Below, one piece after another: positions 17,523-26,466 of a stretch of DNA of 64,000 nucleotides. The position numbers were made by a program, and so were the translations under genes. The stretch is taken from contig JBMOFP010000003.1 in NCBI GenBank assembly GCA_049318805.1, positions 5,702 to 69,701 on the forward strand, in the 5' to 3' direction. Source of the DNA: Bradymonadia bacterium (lineage in GTDB: Bacteria; Myxococcota_A; Bradymonadia; UBA7976; UBA1532). Within the stretch, counting starts at the first letter, position 1, and each line of letters starts with the position of its first letter. A model generated the notes under the pieces. That model was given only the letters and a program-made list of their open reading frames with translations. It was not told where the DNA came from and did not search any database.

Positions 17523-20192
17523 TCACATCGCGAGCGCGGCGAAGGGTGCCTTGAAGGAGGCGGCGAAGAGCTGGGCCGTAGTGCGCAGACCCGTCCAGGA
17601 GAAGAGCTCGAAGTCCCAGGACTCGCAGCCGATGAGGTAGCAGACCTCGGCGTAGAGCGACGCGCGGCCGTCGAGGAAACGAGCCTCGAGGTCCAGCGCG
17701 GCGTCGAAGGAGACCGCCCCGTCGGGCTGATTCACGTCGGTCATGGCGATGGCGGCCTTCAGGGGCAAGCCCAGGCTCGCCAGGACGAGGTCGATCTTCA
17801 TGCCGACCTCGACGATGACGGCCGAGATGCCCGCGCTGGCCTGTGCCTTGATGCCGGCGTAGGGCCTGAAGCTCCCCGTCATCGACGCCGCGGCCCCGTC
17901 GCAATCCCCGGACACGTCGTAGTCGAAACCCGCGAAGCCCGCGGCGCTGGCCGCCACACGTACCGGGAACGGCCCGATCATGATGATTTGCGAAACGGAG
18001 AGGAACGACTGGTCGCGAGAGACGTTGCCCGTGATGAGGTTGAACTCGAGTGACTCGTTGTCCACGTTCGCCAGCCCGAGCTCCTGGCCGAGGACCTTCA
18101 CGCTGAGCTTGCTGGTGGTGTTCTGGCCGGCGTAGAGCGAGGCGTCCACGGCGAGGAGCGTGCTGGCGGTTCCGAAGACCTTCGCCGCGATGCTCGCGTT
18201 GGCGTTCAGACCCGCCTTGGAGTTGCAGAGCTGGGCGCTCCGCAGGTTGGCCAGCTCCCAGCCTGCGCCGTAGCTCACGGTCGTCCCGAACATCGAGTTG
18301 CCGCCGCTGAACTGGTCACCCTTCCACTGCTTCAGGCTCGTGATGTTGCCGGTTTGTTGGTTGGTGGTGACCGTGCCGGCCGCTCCGACGGCCGCCTTGA
18401 CGCGCGCCTGGTCGCCGAGCTGCTGGCCCTCGCGCTTGGCACGACGGCACGCGAAGTACCGTTCGACGAGGTCCGGATCGGTCCGGTAGTCGAGGCCCGC
18501 CTGGCACGCCACACCGTCGACGACCGCCGTTCGCGAGACGTTGTTGCCGTCCAGGTAGGTGAACTCGCCGGCGTCCGAGACCAGCGTGCTGGTGTAGCCG
18601 TTCGCCGTGCCCTCGGTCTCCCCCAGACAGCGGTCGAAATCGGCTTGGCGTTGCACCTCGAAGAGGCGGCGAACGCGGCTGGCGAAGAGGCCGGGGGACC
18701 AGTCGCAGCGCGTGAATCCGGGCTCGAGGCAGCCGTACCTGTCGGCCGTGGCGACCAGCGCCTCGATCTCGGTATCGATCGCGTACAAGGCCCAACGGAG
18801 CGCGTCGTCCCAGAGGGTGACGCAGATGCCTCCGCCGTTGTCGTTCTGGATCGGACCTGCAAAGAAGTTCGCGCCCGGGAAGAGGCCGCCCAGGTCCATC
18901 GGGAGGCCGATGGGCTCGAAGTAGGGGGTCGCGATGTCGAGCCCGTCGCCTGGGTTCCAGACCGGAGAGAGCTGGTCGAGGCTGCTCGGCACGACCGAGG
19001 TGGCCACCAGGTCGAGCTCCGGCGCGCAGAAGACACGCGCCGCGATGGTCTGGGCGCGTTGGTTCAACAGACTCTGCAGCTCGGCCCCGAGAGCGGCCCC
19101 GCGGTCGAGCTCCTCGTCACTGTACTGCCCGGCGGCGGCGGCGGCGTTGCTGAGGGCGTGCCATTCGAAGGTCTCTACGTGCTGCCCGTCGCCGCTGGCC
19201 GCCAGCGCGTTCAGCTTGTTTCTCAGCGCGTCGTTCACCAGACCCGGCTGGGCGCCGATGGTTCCGAGGTCCGGGGCGTCGTAGTAGCTGATGGGCTGGA
19301 AACCCGGTCCAAACACGGGAATCCGGTCCACGTGGGTCTCGGAGAACGACACGGCCGTGAAGTCATTCTTCGGCTGCACGCCCGCGGGGAAGAGGTTCTG
19401 ACCCAGCAAGGCGCGCTGGTTCCAATCGTAGATGCCGCCCCGCACACCCAGCGCTCGGCGAGACCGGTCTCCCGCGATGTCCGTGTAGGCGACGGTCAAC
19501 GCGATGCGCGGGTTGCCGAGCCCGTAGAGCGTTGCGTCCTCGAAGAGCGCGTACCCTTCGTACTTGTGGAAGACATACTCGTCGCAGGTGCCCGAGAACG
19601 CCCCGTTCGCGCGCCAGGGCGCGTGGTCGTTCTCGAGCTTGGTCTGCCCGTTCACGGGGACGCCCTGCGCCTGGCCGACCAGCTTGCCGACCAGTGTGCC
19701 GGTCATGGGCGTGGGGTTCGTTACGGGCCGCGTCGACGCGACTGAACGCACGTTGTTGCAGGTGCCGCTCCCCGACTGACAGGCCGCGACGCCGGCACGG
19801 CTGTTCGAGCGCTGCCAGTTGTCCCCGAGGGCAGTCGATGCCATGGCCACGCGCTTGAGTGTGTGCGCGGGGCGAACGCCGTTCTCAATCACGCCGCGGC
19901 ACTTCGAGGCGTTCGGGTTGCTTTCGAGGCGAACCTGCTCGAACTGACCGCAGGCGCTCGAGTACCACGCCTCGCTCGTGCACGTATTCGCCGGCAGCGG
20001 CGTGGCCTGGGCGTCGCAGACCGCCGTGCACTGCGCGATGAAGTTCCGGGTGGTGCGCACGCAGACCGCCGTCTGCGCGGCGCTGCCGCAGTTCGCAAGG
20101 TTGATCGCGCACTGCGCCAGCGCGGTCGCGGGTGCGGCGAAGGCGACGGTGAGTGCGGTGGACGCAAGAATACGGAGCACGGTGACGCGCAT
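17523..20192 (-). CDS. large secreted protein of unknown function (889 aa)
   Basis: ATG at 20192 gives a signal peptide MRVTVLRILASTALTVAFAAPATALA. The N-terminus is Cys-rich, and the large Gly/Ala/Ser-rich body has no recognisable catalytic motif. Confidence 0.6.
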   Translation of the reverse strand: MRVTVLRILASTALTVAFAAPATALAQCAINLANCGSAAQTAVCVRTTRNFIAQCTAVCDAQATPLPANTCTSEAWYSSACGQFEQVRLESNPNASKCRGVIENGVRPAHTLKRVAMASTALGDNWQRSNSRAGVAACQSGSGTCNNVRSVASTRPVTNPTPMTGTLVGKLVGQAQGVPVNGQTKLENDHAPWRANGAFSGTCDEYVFHKYEGYALFEDATLYGLGNPRIALTVAYTDIAGDRSRRALGVRGGIYDWNQRALLGQNLFPAGVQPKNDFTAVSFSETHVDRIPVFGPGFQPISYYDAPDLGTIGAQPGLVNDALRNKLNALAASGDGQHVETFEWHALSNAAAAAGQYSDEELDRGAALGAELQSLLNQRAQTIAARVFCAPELDLVATSVVPSSLDQLSPVWNPGDGLDIATPYFEPIGLPMDLGGLFPGANFFAGPIQNDNGGGICVTLWDDALRWALYAIDTEIEALVATADRYGCLEPGFTRCDWSPGLFASRVRRLFEVQRQADFDRCLGETEGTANGYTSTLVSDAGEFTYLDGNNVSRTAVVDGVACQAGLDYRTDPDLVERYFACRRAKREGQQLGDQARVKAAVGAAGTVTTNQQTGNITSLKQWKGDQFSGGNSMFGTTVSYGAGWELANLRSAQLCNSKAGLNANASIAAKVFGTASTLLAVDASLYAGQNTTSKLSVKVLGQELGLANVDNESLEFNLITGNVSRDQSFLSVSQIIMIGPFPVRVAASAAGFAGFDYDVSGDCDGAAASMTGSFRPYAGIKAQASAGISAVIVEVGMKIDLVLASLGLPLKAAIAMTDVNQPDGAVSFDAALDLEARFLDGRASLYAEVCYLIGCESWDFELFSWTGLRTTAQLFAASFKAPFAALAM

Positions 20193-20280
20193 GGTCGGAG
20201 CCTTTCCCCTGAGTGGGCGGGTGACGGGCGCTCGCGCTGCGGCGAACGCCACACCCCCTCTTCGCGGGCTGGGACGAAAT

Positions 20281-20316
20281 CCTTGCACGGTCGGGTGCGT
20301 TTTTTTCGGAACGGGC
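20281..20316. promoter_or_regulatory. second copy of the CCTTGCACGGnCGGGT...TTTTT...CG motif (site B) in the divergent promoter region between the 20192(-) and 20429(+) genes
   Basis: CCTTGCACGGTCGGGTGCGTTTTTTTCGGAACGGG, compared with site A (17484-17516) CCTTGCACGGACGGGTCACTTTTTCGACCCGTC. It contains an ECF-like GGAAC at 20308-20312. Confidence 0.35.
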
Positions 20317-20428
20317 CCGGGCAGCTCCGTGGGCGCGCCCGGCCCGGGTCGGCGCGCGCGGACCGTGGACGTCTTGATGCGTCGACGGCGGGGACATCGG
20401 CCCGACGGGTGCGCTACGCTCCACCTCC

Positions 20429-22849
20429 GTGAAACGCGCGCTCCTCACGCTTGCCCTCTCGCTCGCGGGTCACCTCACCGCGGCCTGCGGCGACTCGGCC
20501 GATGACACGGTCACCCCGACCGGTGGCGCGGCCTCCTCCGGGGGCGCACGCCCGCCAGGCTCGGGTGGCGGTTTCCCCCCGGGCACCGGCGGCGAGGGTG
20601 TCTCTCCCGACACGGACACCGGCGTCGGCCCGGGTCAGCCTGGCGACGGCCGCGCGCTCTACGCCTCCCTGTGCGCGAGCTGCCACGGCGCCTCGGGCGA
20701 GGGCGGCGCCGGCCCCGCGCTGACGCGCCCCTACGTGCGCGACTACCTGGTGGACTACATCGACGCTTCGATGCCGCTGGGCCGCCCGGAGCTGTGTGAC
20801 CGCGCGTGCGCCGAGGCCGTCGCGGACTACGTGCTGGCCGAGCTGCGCGAGACCCCGCGCCTGGATTGCGCCGCGCCCCAGCCCGGGCCGCGCGCGCTGC
20901 GCCTGCTGAATCGCCGCGAGTGGCTCGCCAGCGTGCGGGCGCTCTTCGCGACCGTCGAGGCGGGCCCGGGCGTGGCGTGCGACACTCTGGCGAACTGCGA
21001 CTGGGCGCGGGCCACCTGCGCCGACGCGGTCTGCGTCGATGATCCTTGTCCCGTGCGCACCTTCGTCTTCGACCCGGCCGGTCGGAGCCCGACCACGGTC
21101 CATGTCGCGGGCTCGTTCAACGATTGGGCGCCGACCATCGCCGCGGGCGGCTGGCCGCTCACCCTCGAGCCGGACCTCGGCCGGTGGCTCGGCAAGTTCC
21201 AGGTCCCCGACGGCGAGCACGCCTACAAGCTCGTGGTCGACGAGCGCGAGTGGCTGACCGACCCCGAGAACCCGCGCCGCTCGCCGGACGGCTTTGGCGG
21301 ACAGAACGCGCTCTTGACCCAGCGCTGCGCCGACGCGGTCGCCCCGGGAGGCGGCGGCTTCGCCCTGCCGGACCTCGAGTCCCTGGCCCGCAACCTGCCG
21401 GCCGAGACGCGACCGAAGGGCTACCCCTACGACACCCACGCCGAAGCGGCCGTCGTGACGACGTCGCACATCGAGGCGTGGCTCCAGGCGGGTCGCGCCG
21501 TGGCCGCGGTCGTCGAGGCGCGTGCGGCGCAGGTGGCCCCGTGCCTGGGCACACCCGGCTGCGGCGCCACCTTCGTGGAGGCCTTCGTCGGTCGCGCATT
21601 CCGCGCCCCGTTGGAGGCCGAGGTCGCCGCCCGCTACCGCACGCTCTTCGCCGAGGTCGAGGCCGAGTCCGGTCCCGCCGCGGCCGTCGCCACGGTCGTC
21701 GAGGCGGTGCTGTCGTCGCCGCTCTTCCTGTATCGGAGCGAGTTGGGGAGCGCCGACGGAGACGGCTTCACCCTCTCGGGCTGGGAGCTCGCCGAGGCCA
21801 TGGCCTACGCCTTCTGGGGCACCCCGCCCGACGCCGCCCTGCGCGCGGCCGGGCTCGAGGGCCGCCTGTCGACCCCCGAGGGCCGCGCCGCCGAGGCCGA
21901 GCGGCTCCTGGCCGATCCCCGCGCCGAGCCCGTGGTGCGCGCCTTCGCCGAGCAGTGGCTCGGGATCGCGGGGCTCGGGCAGTTGGAGAAGCGCGCCGAC
22001 CTCTTCCCCGGCTGGTCTCCGGCGCTGTCGACGGCGCTGCTCGAGGAGTCCCGACGCTTCGTCGCCCACGTGATGCTCGACCCCGAAGCGCGCTTCCCCG
22101 CGCTGCTCACGGCGGACTACACCTTCGCCAACGGCCTGCTGCGCGCGCACTACGGCCTGCAGGGCGACCGCGCGTCGACGACCTACGAGCGCACCCCGCT
22201 GAACGTCGGCGAGCGCGCCGGGGTGCTGGGACACGGCGCGGTCCTCGCGGTCACGGCGCACTCGGACCAGACCTCGCCCATCCGCCGCGGCCTCTTCGTG
22301 CGGGAGCGCCTGCTCTGCACCGAGTTCGGCGCGCCCCCGCCCGACGCCGGCGGTGTGCCCGAGGTGGACCCCAACGCCACCACCCGCGAGCGCTTCCGTC
22401 AGCACACGGCCGAGGCGCGCTGCGCCGCCTGCCACCAGTACATCGACGACGTCGGCTTCGGCTTCGAGGCCTTCGACGCCGTGGGCGCGCATCGAGACAC
22501 CGACCTGGGACGCCCCCTCGACACCTCGGCGGACATGAACGACGTCGAGGGCCTGGGCACCGGCACCTCGGCGCCCTTCGGCAGCCTGCCGGAGCTGGGC
22601 CGCATCCTCGCGGACAGCGAGCGCGCGGAGGTGTGCTTCGCGACGCAGGCGTGGCGGTTCGTCCGCGGTCGTTTGGAGACCCACGGCGGCCTGCAGGGCG
22701 AGCTGGACCGCTGCGAGGTCGAGCGCGCCCTCGCGCCGTTCCGCGCCGGCGGCGGGGACGTGCGCGCGTTGCTCGTCGCGCTGGTTTCGGACCCCGCCTT
22801 CGCGCGCCGCGCAGCGACCGCAGAACCTACGGGGGAGGGCACGCCGTGA
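20429..22849 (+). CDS. DUF1592/DUF1595/DUF1587/DUF1588/DUF1585 multi-domain protein with cytochrome-c-like CxxCH and a CBM48/E-set-like domain; lipoprotein
   Basis: GTG start. Lipoprotein signal LTLALSLAGHLTAACG. Haem motif CASCHG. E-set/CBM48-like block VHVAGSFNDWAP...KFQVPDGEHAYKLVVDEREW. Long conserved DUF15xx body. Confidence 0.8.
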   Translation: MKRALLTLALSLAGHLTAACGDSADDTVTPTGGAASSGGARPPGSGGGFPPGTGGEGVSPDTDTGVGPGQPGDGRALYASLCASCHGASGEGGAGPALTRPYVRDYLVDYIDASMPLGRPELCDRACAEAVADYVLAELRETPRLDCAAPQPGPRALRLLNRREWLASVRALFATVEAGPGVACDTLANCDWARATCADAVCVDDPCPVRTFVFDPAGRSPTTVHVAGSFNDWAPTIAAGGWPLTLEPDLGRWLGKFQVPDGEHAYKLVVDEREWLTDPENPRRSPDGFGGQNALLTQRCADAVAPGGGGFALPDLESLARNLPAETRPKGYPYDTHAEAAVVTTSHIEAWLQAGRAVAAVVEARAAQVAPCLGTPGCGATFVEAFVGRAFRAPLEAEVAARYRTLFAEVEAESGPAAAVATVVEAVLSSPLFLYRSELGSADGDGFTLSGWELAEAMAYAFWGTPPDAALRAAGLEGRLSTPEGRAAEAERLLADPRAEPVVRAFAEQWLGIAGLGQLEKRADLFPGWSPALSTALLEESRRFVAHVMLDPEARFPALLTADYTFANGLLRAHYGLQGDRASTTYERTPLNVGERAGVLGHGAVLAVTAHSDQTSPIRRGLFVRERLLCTEFGAPPPDAGGVPEVDPNATTRERFRQHTAEARCAACHQYIDDVGFGFEAFDAVGAHRDTDLGRPLDTSADMNDVEGLGTGTSAPFGSLPELGRILADSERAEVCFATQAWRFVRGRLETHGGLQGELDRCEVERALAPFRAGGGDVRALLVALVSDPAFARRAATAEPTGEGTP

Positions 22850-24228
22850 ACCGACGTGACTTCTTGCGCTTCGCCGGGGCGGCGGCGGCGGGTCTGCCCC
22901 TCCTCGCACGCCCGGGTCGCGCGTGGGCCCAGGCGCGTCAGGCCCGCCGCGCGATCTTCTTCTACTTCCCCGACGGCGTGCCCGGGCGCAGCGCCGACGG
23001 AGAGCGCAGCGCGTGGCACTGCACGGGCACCGAGTTCGACTTCCAGCTCGGGCGAGTGCTCGAACCGCTCGCCGCGTTCAAGGACCACACACTCTTCTTC
23101 AACGGTCTCTCCATGGGCTCCACCGACGCGGGCAGTCACCCCGGCGGCGCGGTCAAGCTCCTCACCGCGGCGGACGGCGGTCGGGGCGAGTCCATCGACC
23201 AGTTCCTCGCGCGCACCGCGGGGGCGTCTTCGCCCTTCCGGCACGTGTACCTGGGCGCGATGGCCAACGTGAGCAACGCCACGGGCGACAAGCACATCAG
23301 CTATCCGAGCCCCGGTCAGAGCATCGCCCCGGACGACGATCCGGTGCGCGCCTTCGAGCGCCTCTTCGGAGCGGGGGTCCTCGTGCCGCCGAGCCCGCCC
23401 TCGATGCCGGGGTCCGCCGCCCCGTCGGTCCGTGATCGCCGCCTGCGGGTCCTCGACACGGCCCTGGCGGACCTCGCGTCGGTGCGGGGTCGCGCCGGTA
23501 CGGCCGAGCGGGCGCGTCTGGACTTGCACGCCGAGGCGCTGCGTGAGGTCGAGCGACGCATCGAGACGCTCGCCATGGAGCCGGGCGTGAACCCCGAGCC
23601 CGGCGAACCTGGGCTGCCCACCTGCGACGCCCCCCGTCTCGCCGCCGAGGGCCTCGACGCCGGACGCCTCTACGCCCCGGAGCTCTTCCCGCAGATCCTC
23701 CGGCTCCAGACCGACGTGCTCGTACAGGCGATGGCCTGCGGCCTTACGCAGGTCGGCGTGATTCAGGCTTCGCTGCACACAAGCGAGCTCATCATGAGCC
23801 GTTTCGCCGACACCGAGATGTACGACCCTGGCTTCGACATGCGGAGCCACCAGGCGAGCCACTACGGGCCGCGGCACGACGAAGCGCGCCGCGAGTACCG
23901 CGACTACGTGGCGCAGCGCCGCTGGTTCGTCGCGCAGTTCGCCTACCTGCTGGAGCAGCTCCGCCTCCGCCCCGAGGGTGACGGCACGATGCTCGACTAC
24001 ACGCTCGTCTTCTGCGGCAGCGAGGTGAGCGACGGCAACACCCACCTGCACGACGACATGCCGTTTCTGCTCTCGGGCCACGGGGGCGGCGCAGTTTCGC
24101 CCGGGCGCCTCGTCGACGTGGGCTATGCGCGCCACGGTGGCCTGTGGACGGCGGTGGCGCACGCGATGGGACAGCGCATCGACCGCTTCGGCGACCAGGG
24201 CGTGGGCCCGCTCGACGCGATTTTCTGA
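22846..24228 (+). CDS. DUF1552 family protein with twin-arginine (Tat) signal
   Basis: GTG at 22846 overlaps the upstream stop (GTGA). Tat motif NRRDFLRFAGAAAAGLPLLA. This is the conserved partner of DUF1592 proteins. Confidence 0.8.
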   Translation: MNRRDFLRFAGAAAAGLPLLARPGRAWAQARQARRAIFFYFPDGVPGRSADGERSAWHCTGTEFDFQLGRVLEPLAAFKDHTLFFNGLSMGSTDAGSHPGGAVKLLTAADGGRGESIDQFLARTAGASSPFRHVYLGAMANVSNATGDKHISYPSPGQSIAPDDDPVRAFERLFGAGVLVPPSPPSMPGSAAPSVRDRRLRVLDTALADLASVRGRAGTAERARLDLHAEALREVERRIETLAMEPGVNPEPGEPGLPTCDAPRLAAEGLDAGRLYAPELFPQILRLQTDVLVQAMACGLTQVGVIQASLHTSELIMSRFADTEMYDPGFDMRSHQASHYGPRHDEARREYRDYVAQRRWFVAQFAYLLEQLRLRPEGDGTMLDYTLVFCGSEVSDGNTHLHDDMPFLLSGHGGGAVSPGRLVDVGYARHGGLWTAVAHAMGQRIDRFGDQGVGPLDAIF

Positions 24229-24231
24229 CGC

Positions 24232-24963
24232 TCAGGGGATGCCTTGCGAGGCCTCGCAGGCCGGATAGACCGTGCACAGCTCCGGATCAGGGCCGGGGCG
24301 CGAGTTGGCCTGGTCCACGCATGCCCAGAACCCGAAGGGCTGGTCCAGGCACTGCTCGACGCAGGGGGCGGGAGGCGACTCCGGGTCTTCCGGGGCCTCG
24401 CAGCCATCGAAGAGCCAAAGCTCCTGCAGGCACAACAAGCCGCAGGTGCGCTCGAGCGAACAAAAGAACTGGAAGCCGGTGTCCTCCGAGAGCGCCCGCA
24501 CGACCTGGACGCAATTGCGCGGGTCCGTGAGGGTCTCGAACTGGTCCTCGGTGTACCAGCCCCCCGAGGTGCACTCGAAGGTGCAGAAGGTCACGTAGCC
24601 CTCGACGAGGTCGTCCGAGAGCTTGCGCCAAGAGGCGCACGACTCCGAAGCCGCGAGGCACACGTTGACCGCGTCGCACACGAGCTCGCACTGCGACTGC
24701 AGGTCCTCCGGACGTCCACCGCCGCCGTCGCCGCCGTCGCCGCCGTCGCCGCCACTCCCGGCTTCACCGCCGAGCGGGTCGCCCCCTGTGGCACCCGACC
24801 CATCCTCGCCCCCGAGCGGGTCGCCCCCCGTGGCACCCGCGCCGTCCTCACCGCCCTCGCCGCCGGTCTCACCGGGGTAGTCGCGGTCGAAGTCGAGGGA
24901 AACCGAACAGCCCGCGCCGACGCAGAGGGCGATGAGAAGAGGTCTGGCGTCCATGGTGCGCAT
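24232..24963 (-). CDS. Cys-rich lipoprotein with Gly/Asp-rich tandem repeats
   Basis: Start MRTMDARPLLIALCVGAGCS (lipobox). Near-exact repeat GGDPLGGE(D/A)GSGATGG. The C-terminal half has 16 Cys. Confidence 0.6.
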   Translation of the reverse strand: MRTMDARPLLIALCVGAGCSVSLDFDRDYPGETGGEGGEDGAGATGGDPLGGEDGSGATGGDPLGGEAGSGGDGGDGGDGGGGRPEDLQSQCELVCDAVNVCLAASESCASWRKLSDDLVEGYVTFCTFECTSGGWYTEDQFETLTDPRNCVQVVRALSEDTGFQFFCSLERTCGLLCLQELWLFDGCEAPEDPESPPAPCVEQCLDQPFGFWACVDQANSRPGPDPELCTVYPACEASQGIP

Positions 24964-25032
24964 CCTACCACTACTCCCCACTACTCCGCAGACCTGCGCG
25001 TCGCGTATGGTCCGCCCCCGAGGAGGAACCGG

Positions 25033-26466
25033 ATGCGGTCGAACTTTGTGCACTGCGTGGCGGTGGTGGCCCTGCTGGGCTGCACCGGCGCCGAGAAGAA
25101 GCCCGATGAAACCGCCGGCGGCGACGCGGACGGCCCCGTCCTGCTCGACCCGCCCGTCGAGGTGACGCCGCCGCCCTTCGAGCCGGCCCGCGCCGCTTCG
25201 GGGCCTACGCTGATTCGGGATGCGACGGTCCTGACGGCGGCCGGACCGGTCTGGACCCGCGGCTGGGTGCGCCTGGAGAACGGGCGCATCGCCGACCTGG
25301 GCGAGGGCGACGCGCCGGCGGCCCGCGAGGGCGAGACCGTCGTCGAGGGCAAGGGGCGCTGGGTGACCCCGGGCCTCATCGACACCCACAGTCACCTCGG
25401 GGTCTACGCGTCGCCCGGGGTCTGGGCCCACGCCGACGGCAATGAGATGACGAACCCCATCACCGCGGGCGTGCGGGCCGAGGAGGCCTTCTGGCCCCAG
25501 GACCCCGGCCTAGAGCGGGCGGTTGCGGGCGGTGTCACCACGCTCCACGTGCTGCCCGGCAGCGGCAACCTGATGGGCGGGCGCGGCGTGACGCTCAAGC
25601 TCAACCCCGCGCGCGAAGCTGCGGCGATGCGGTTCCCCGGCGCCAAGGACTCGCTGAAGATGGCGTGCGGCGAGAACCCGAAGCGCGTCTACGGCCGCGA
25701 CAAGGGCTCGATGCCCATGAGCCGCATGGGCAGCCTCTACATGATGCGTTCGCGATGGCTCGAGGCGCGTCGCTACAAGGTCAAGTGGGACCAGTGGCGC
25801 AAGAAGCCCTACGACCTGAAGGACGGGAAGAAGATCCCCACGAACCCGCCCGACCGCGACCTCGTGCTCGAGACCCTGGCGGGTGTGCTCTCCGGTGAGA
25901 TCCTGCCCCAGGTCCACTGCTACCGGGCCGACGAGATGCTGCTGCAGCTCAAGGTCGCGCGCGAGATGGGCTACCGCGTGCGGTCGTTCCACCACGCGGT
26001 CGAGGCCTACAAGATCCGCGACGTACTGGCCAAGGAAGAGGTCTCGGTCAGCACCTGGGCCGACTGGTGGGGCTTCAAGATCGAGGCGTGGGACGGCGTC
26101 GAGGCGAACATCGCTCTGCTGCAAGAGGCCGGCGCGCGCGCCATCGTGCACACCGACAGCGCCGAGGGCATCCAGCGCATGAACCAGGAAGCCGCGAAGG
26201 CCCTGGCGACGGGGCGCGCCCTCGGCATGAAGCTCGACGAGAACACGGCGCTGCGTTGGATCACGGCGAACCCCGCCTGGGCGCTCGGCATCGAGGCCGA
26301 GACCGGTACGCTCGAGAAGGGCAAGATGGCGGACGTCGTCGTGTGGGACGCCCACCCGTTCAGTGTGTACGCCCACGCCGAAAAGGTCTTTGTGGACGGA
26401 CACTTGCGGCACGACCGAACCGCGCCTCCGAAGGCGCCCTGGAGTGATTTCGAGGTGTACCGATGA
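25033..26466 (+). CDS. amidohydrolase family protein (metal-dependent; prolidase/imidazolonepropionase-like)
   Basis: RBS aggagga at 25021-25027. Signal peptide or lipobox (LLGCTG). HxH motif GLIDTHSHLG. Downstream His/Asp ligands are present (HVLPGSGN, VHTDSAEG, VVWD). Confidence 0.85.
   Translation: MRSNFVHCVAVVALLGCTGAEKKPDETAGGDADGPVLLDPPVEVTPPPFEPARAASGPTLIRDATVLTAAGPVWTRGWVRLENGRIADLGEGDAPAAREGETVVEGKGRWVTPGLIDTHSHLGVYASPGVWAHADGNEMTNPITAGVRAEEAFWPQDPGLERAVAGGVTTLHVLPGSGNLMGGRGVTLKLNPAREAAAMRFPGAKDSLKMACGENPKRVYGRDKGSMPMSRMGSLYMMRSRWLEARRYKVKWDQWRKKPYDLKDGKKIPTNPPDRDLVLETLAGVLSGEILPQVHCYRADEMLLQLKVAREMGYRVRSFHHAVEAYKIRDVLAKEEVSVSTWADWWGFKIEAWDGVEANIALLQEAGARAIVHTDSAEGIQRMNQEAAKALATGRALGMKLDENTALRWITANPAWALGIEAETGTLEKGKMADVVVWDAHPFSVYAHAEKVFVDGHLRHDRTAPPKAPWSDFEVYR

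Noticed and set aside
20266-20290. Sigma-54 promoter (TGGGAC...TTGCA) at motif site B
   Set aside because: The GG-to-GC spacing is 12 nt, not the required 10. Site A lacks a GG element altogether. It is kept only as an unexplained shared motif.
24790-24845. TGGCAC sigma-54 -24-like hexamers
   Set aside because: They are part of the direct DNA repeat encoding the GGDPLGGE repeats inside the 24232-24963 CDS. There is no TTGC at the -12 spacing.
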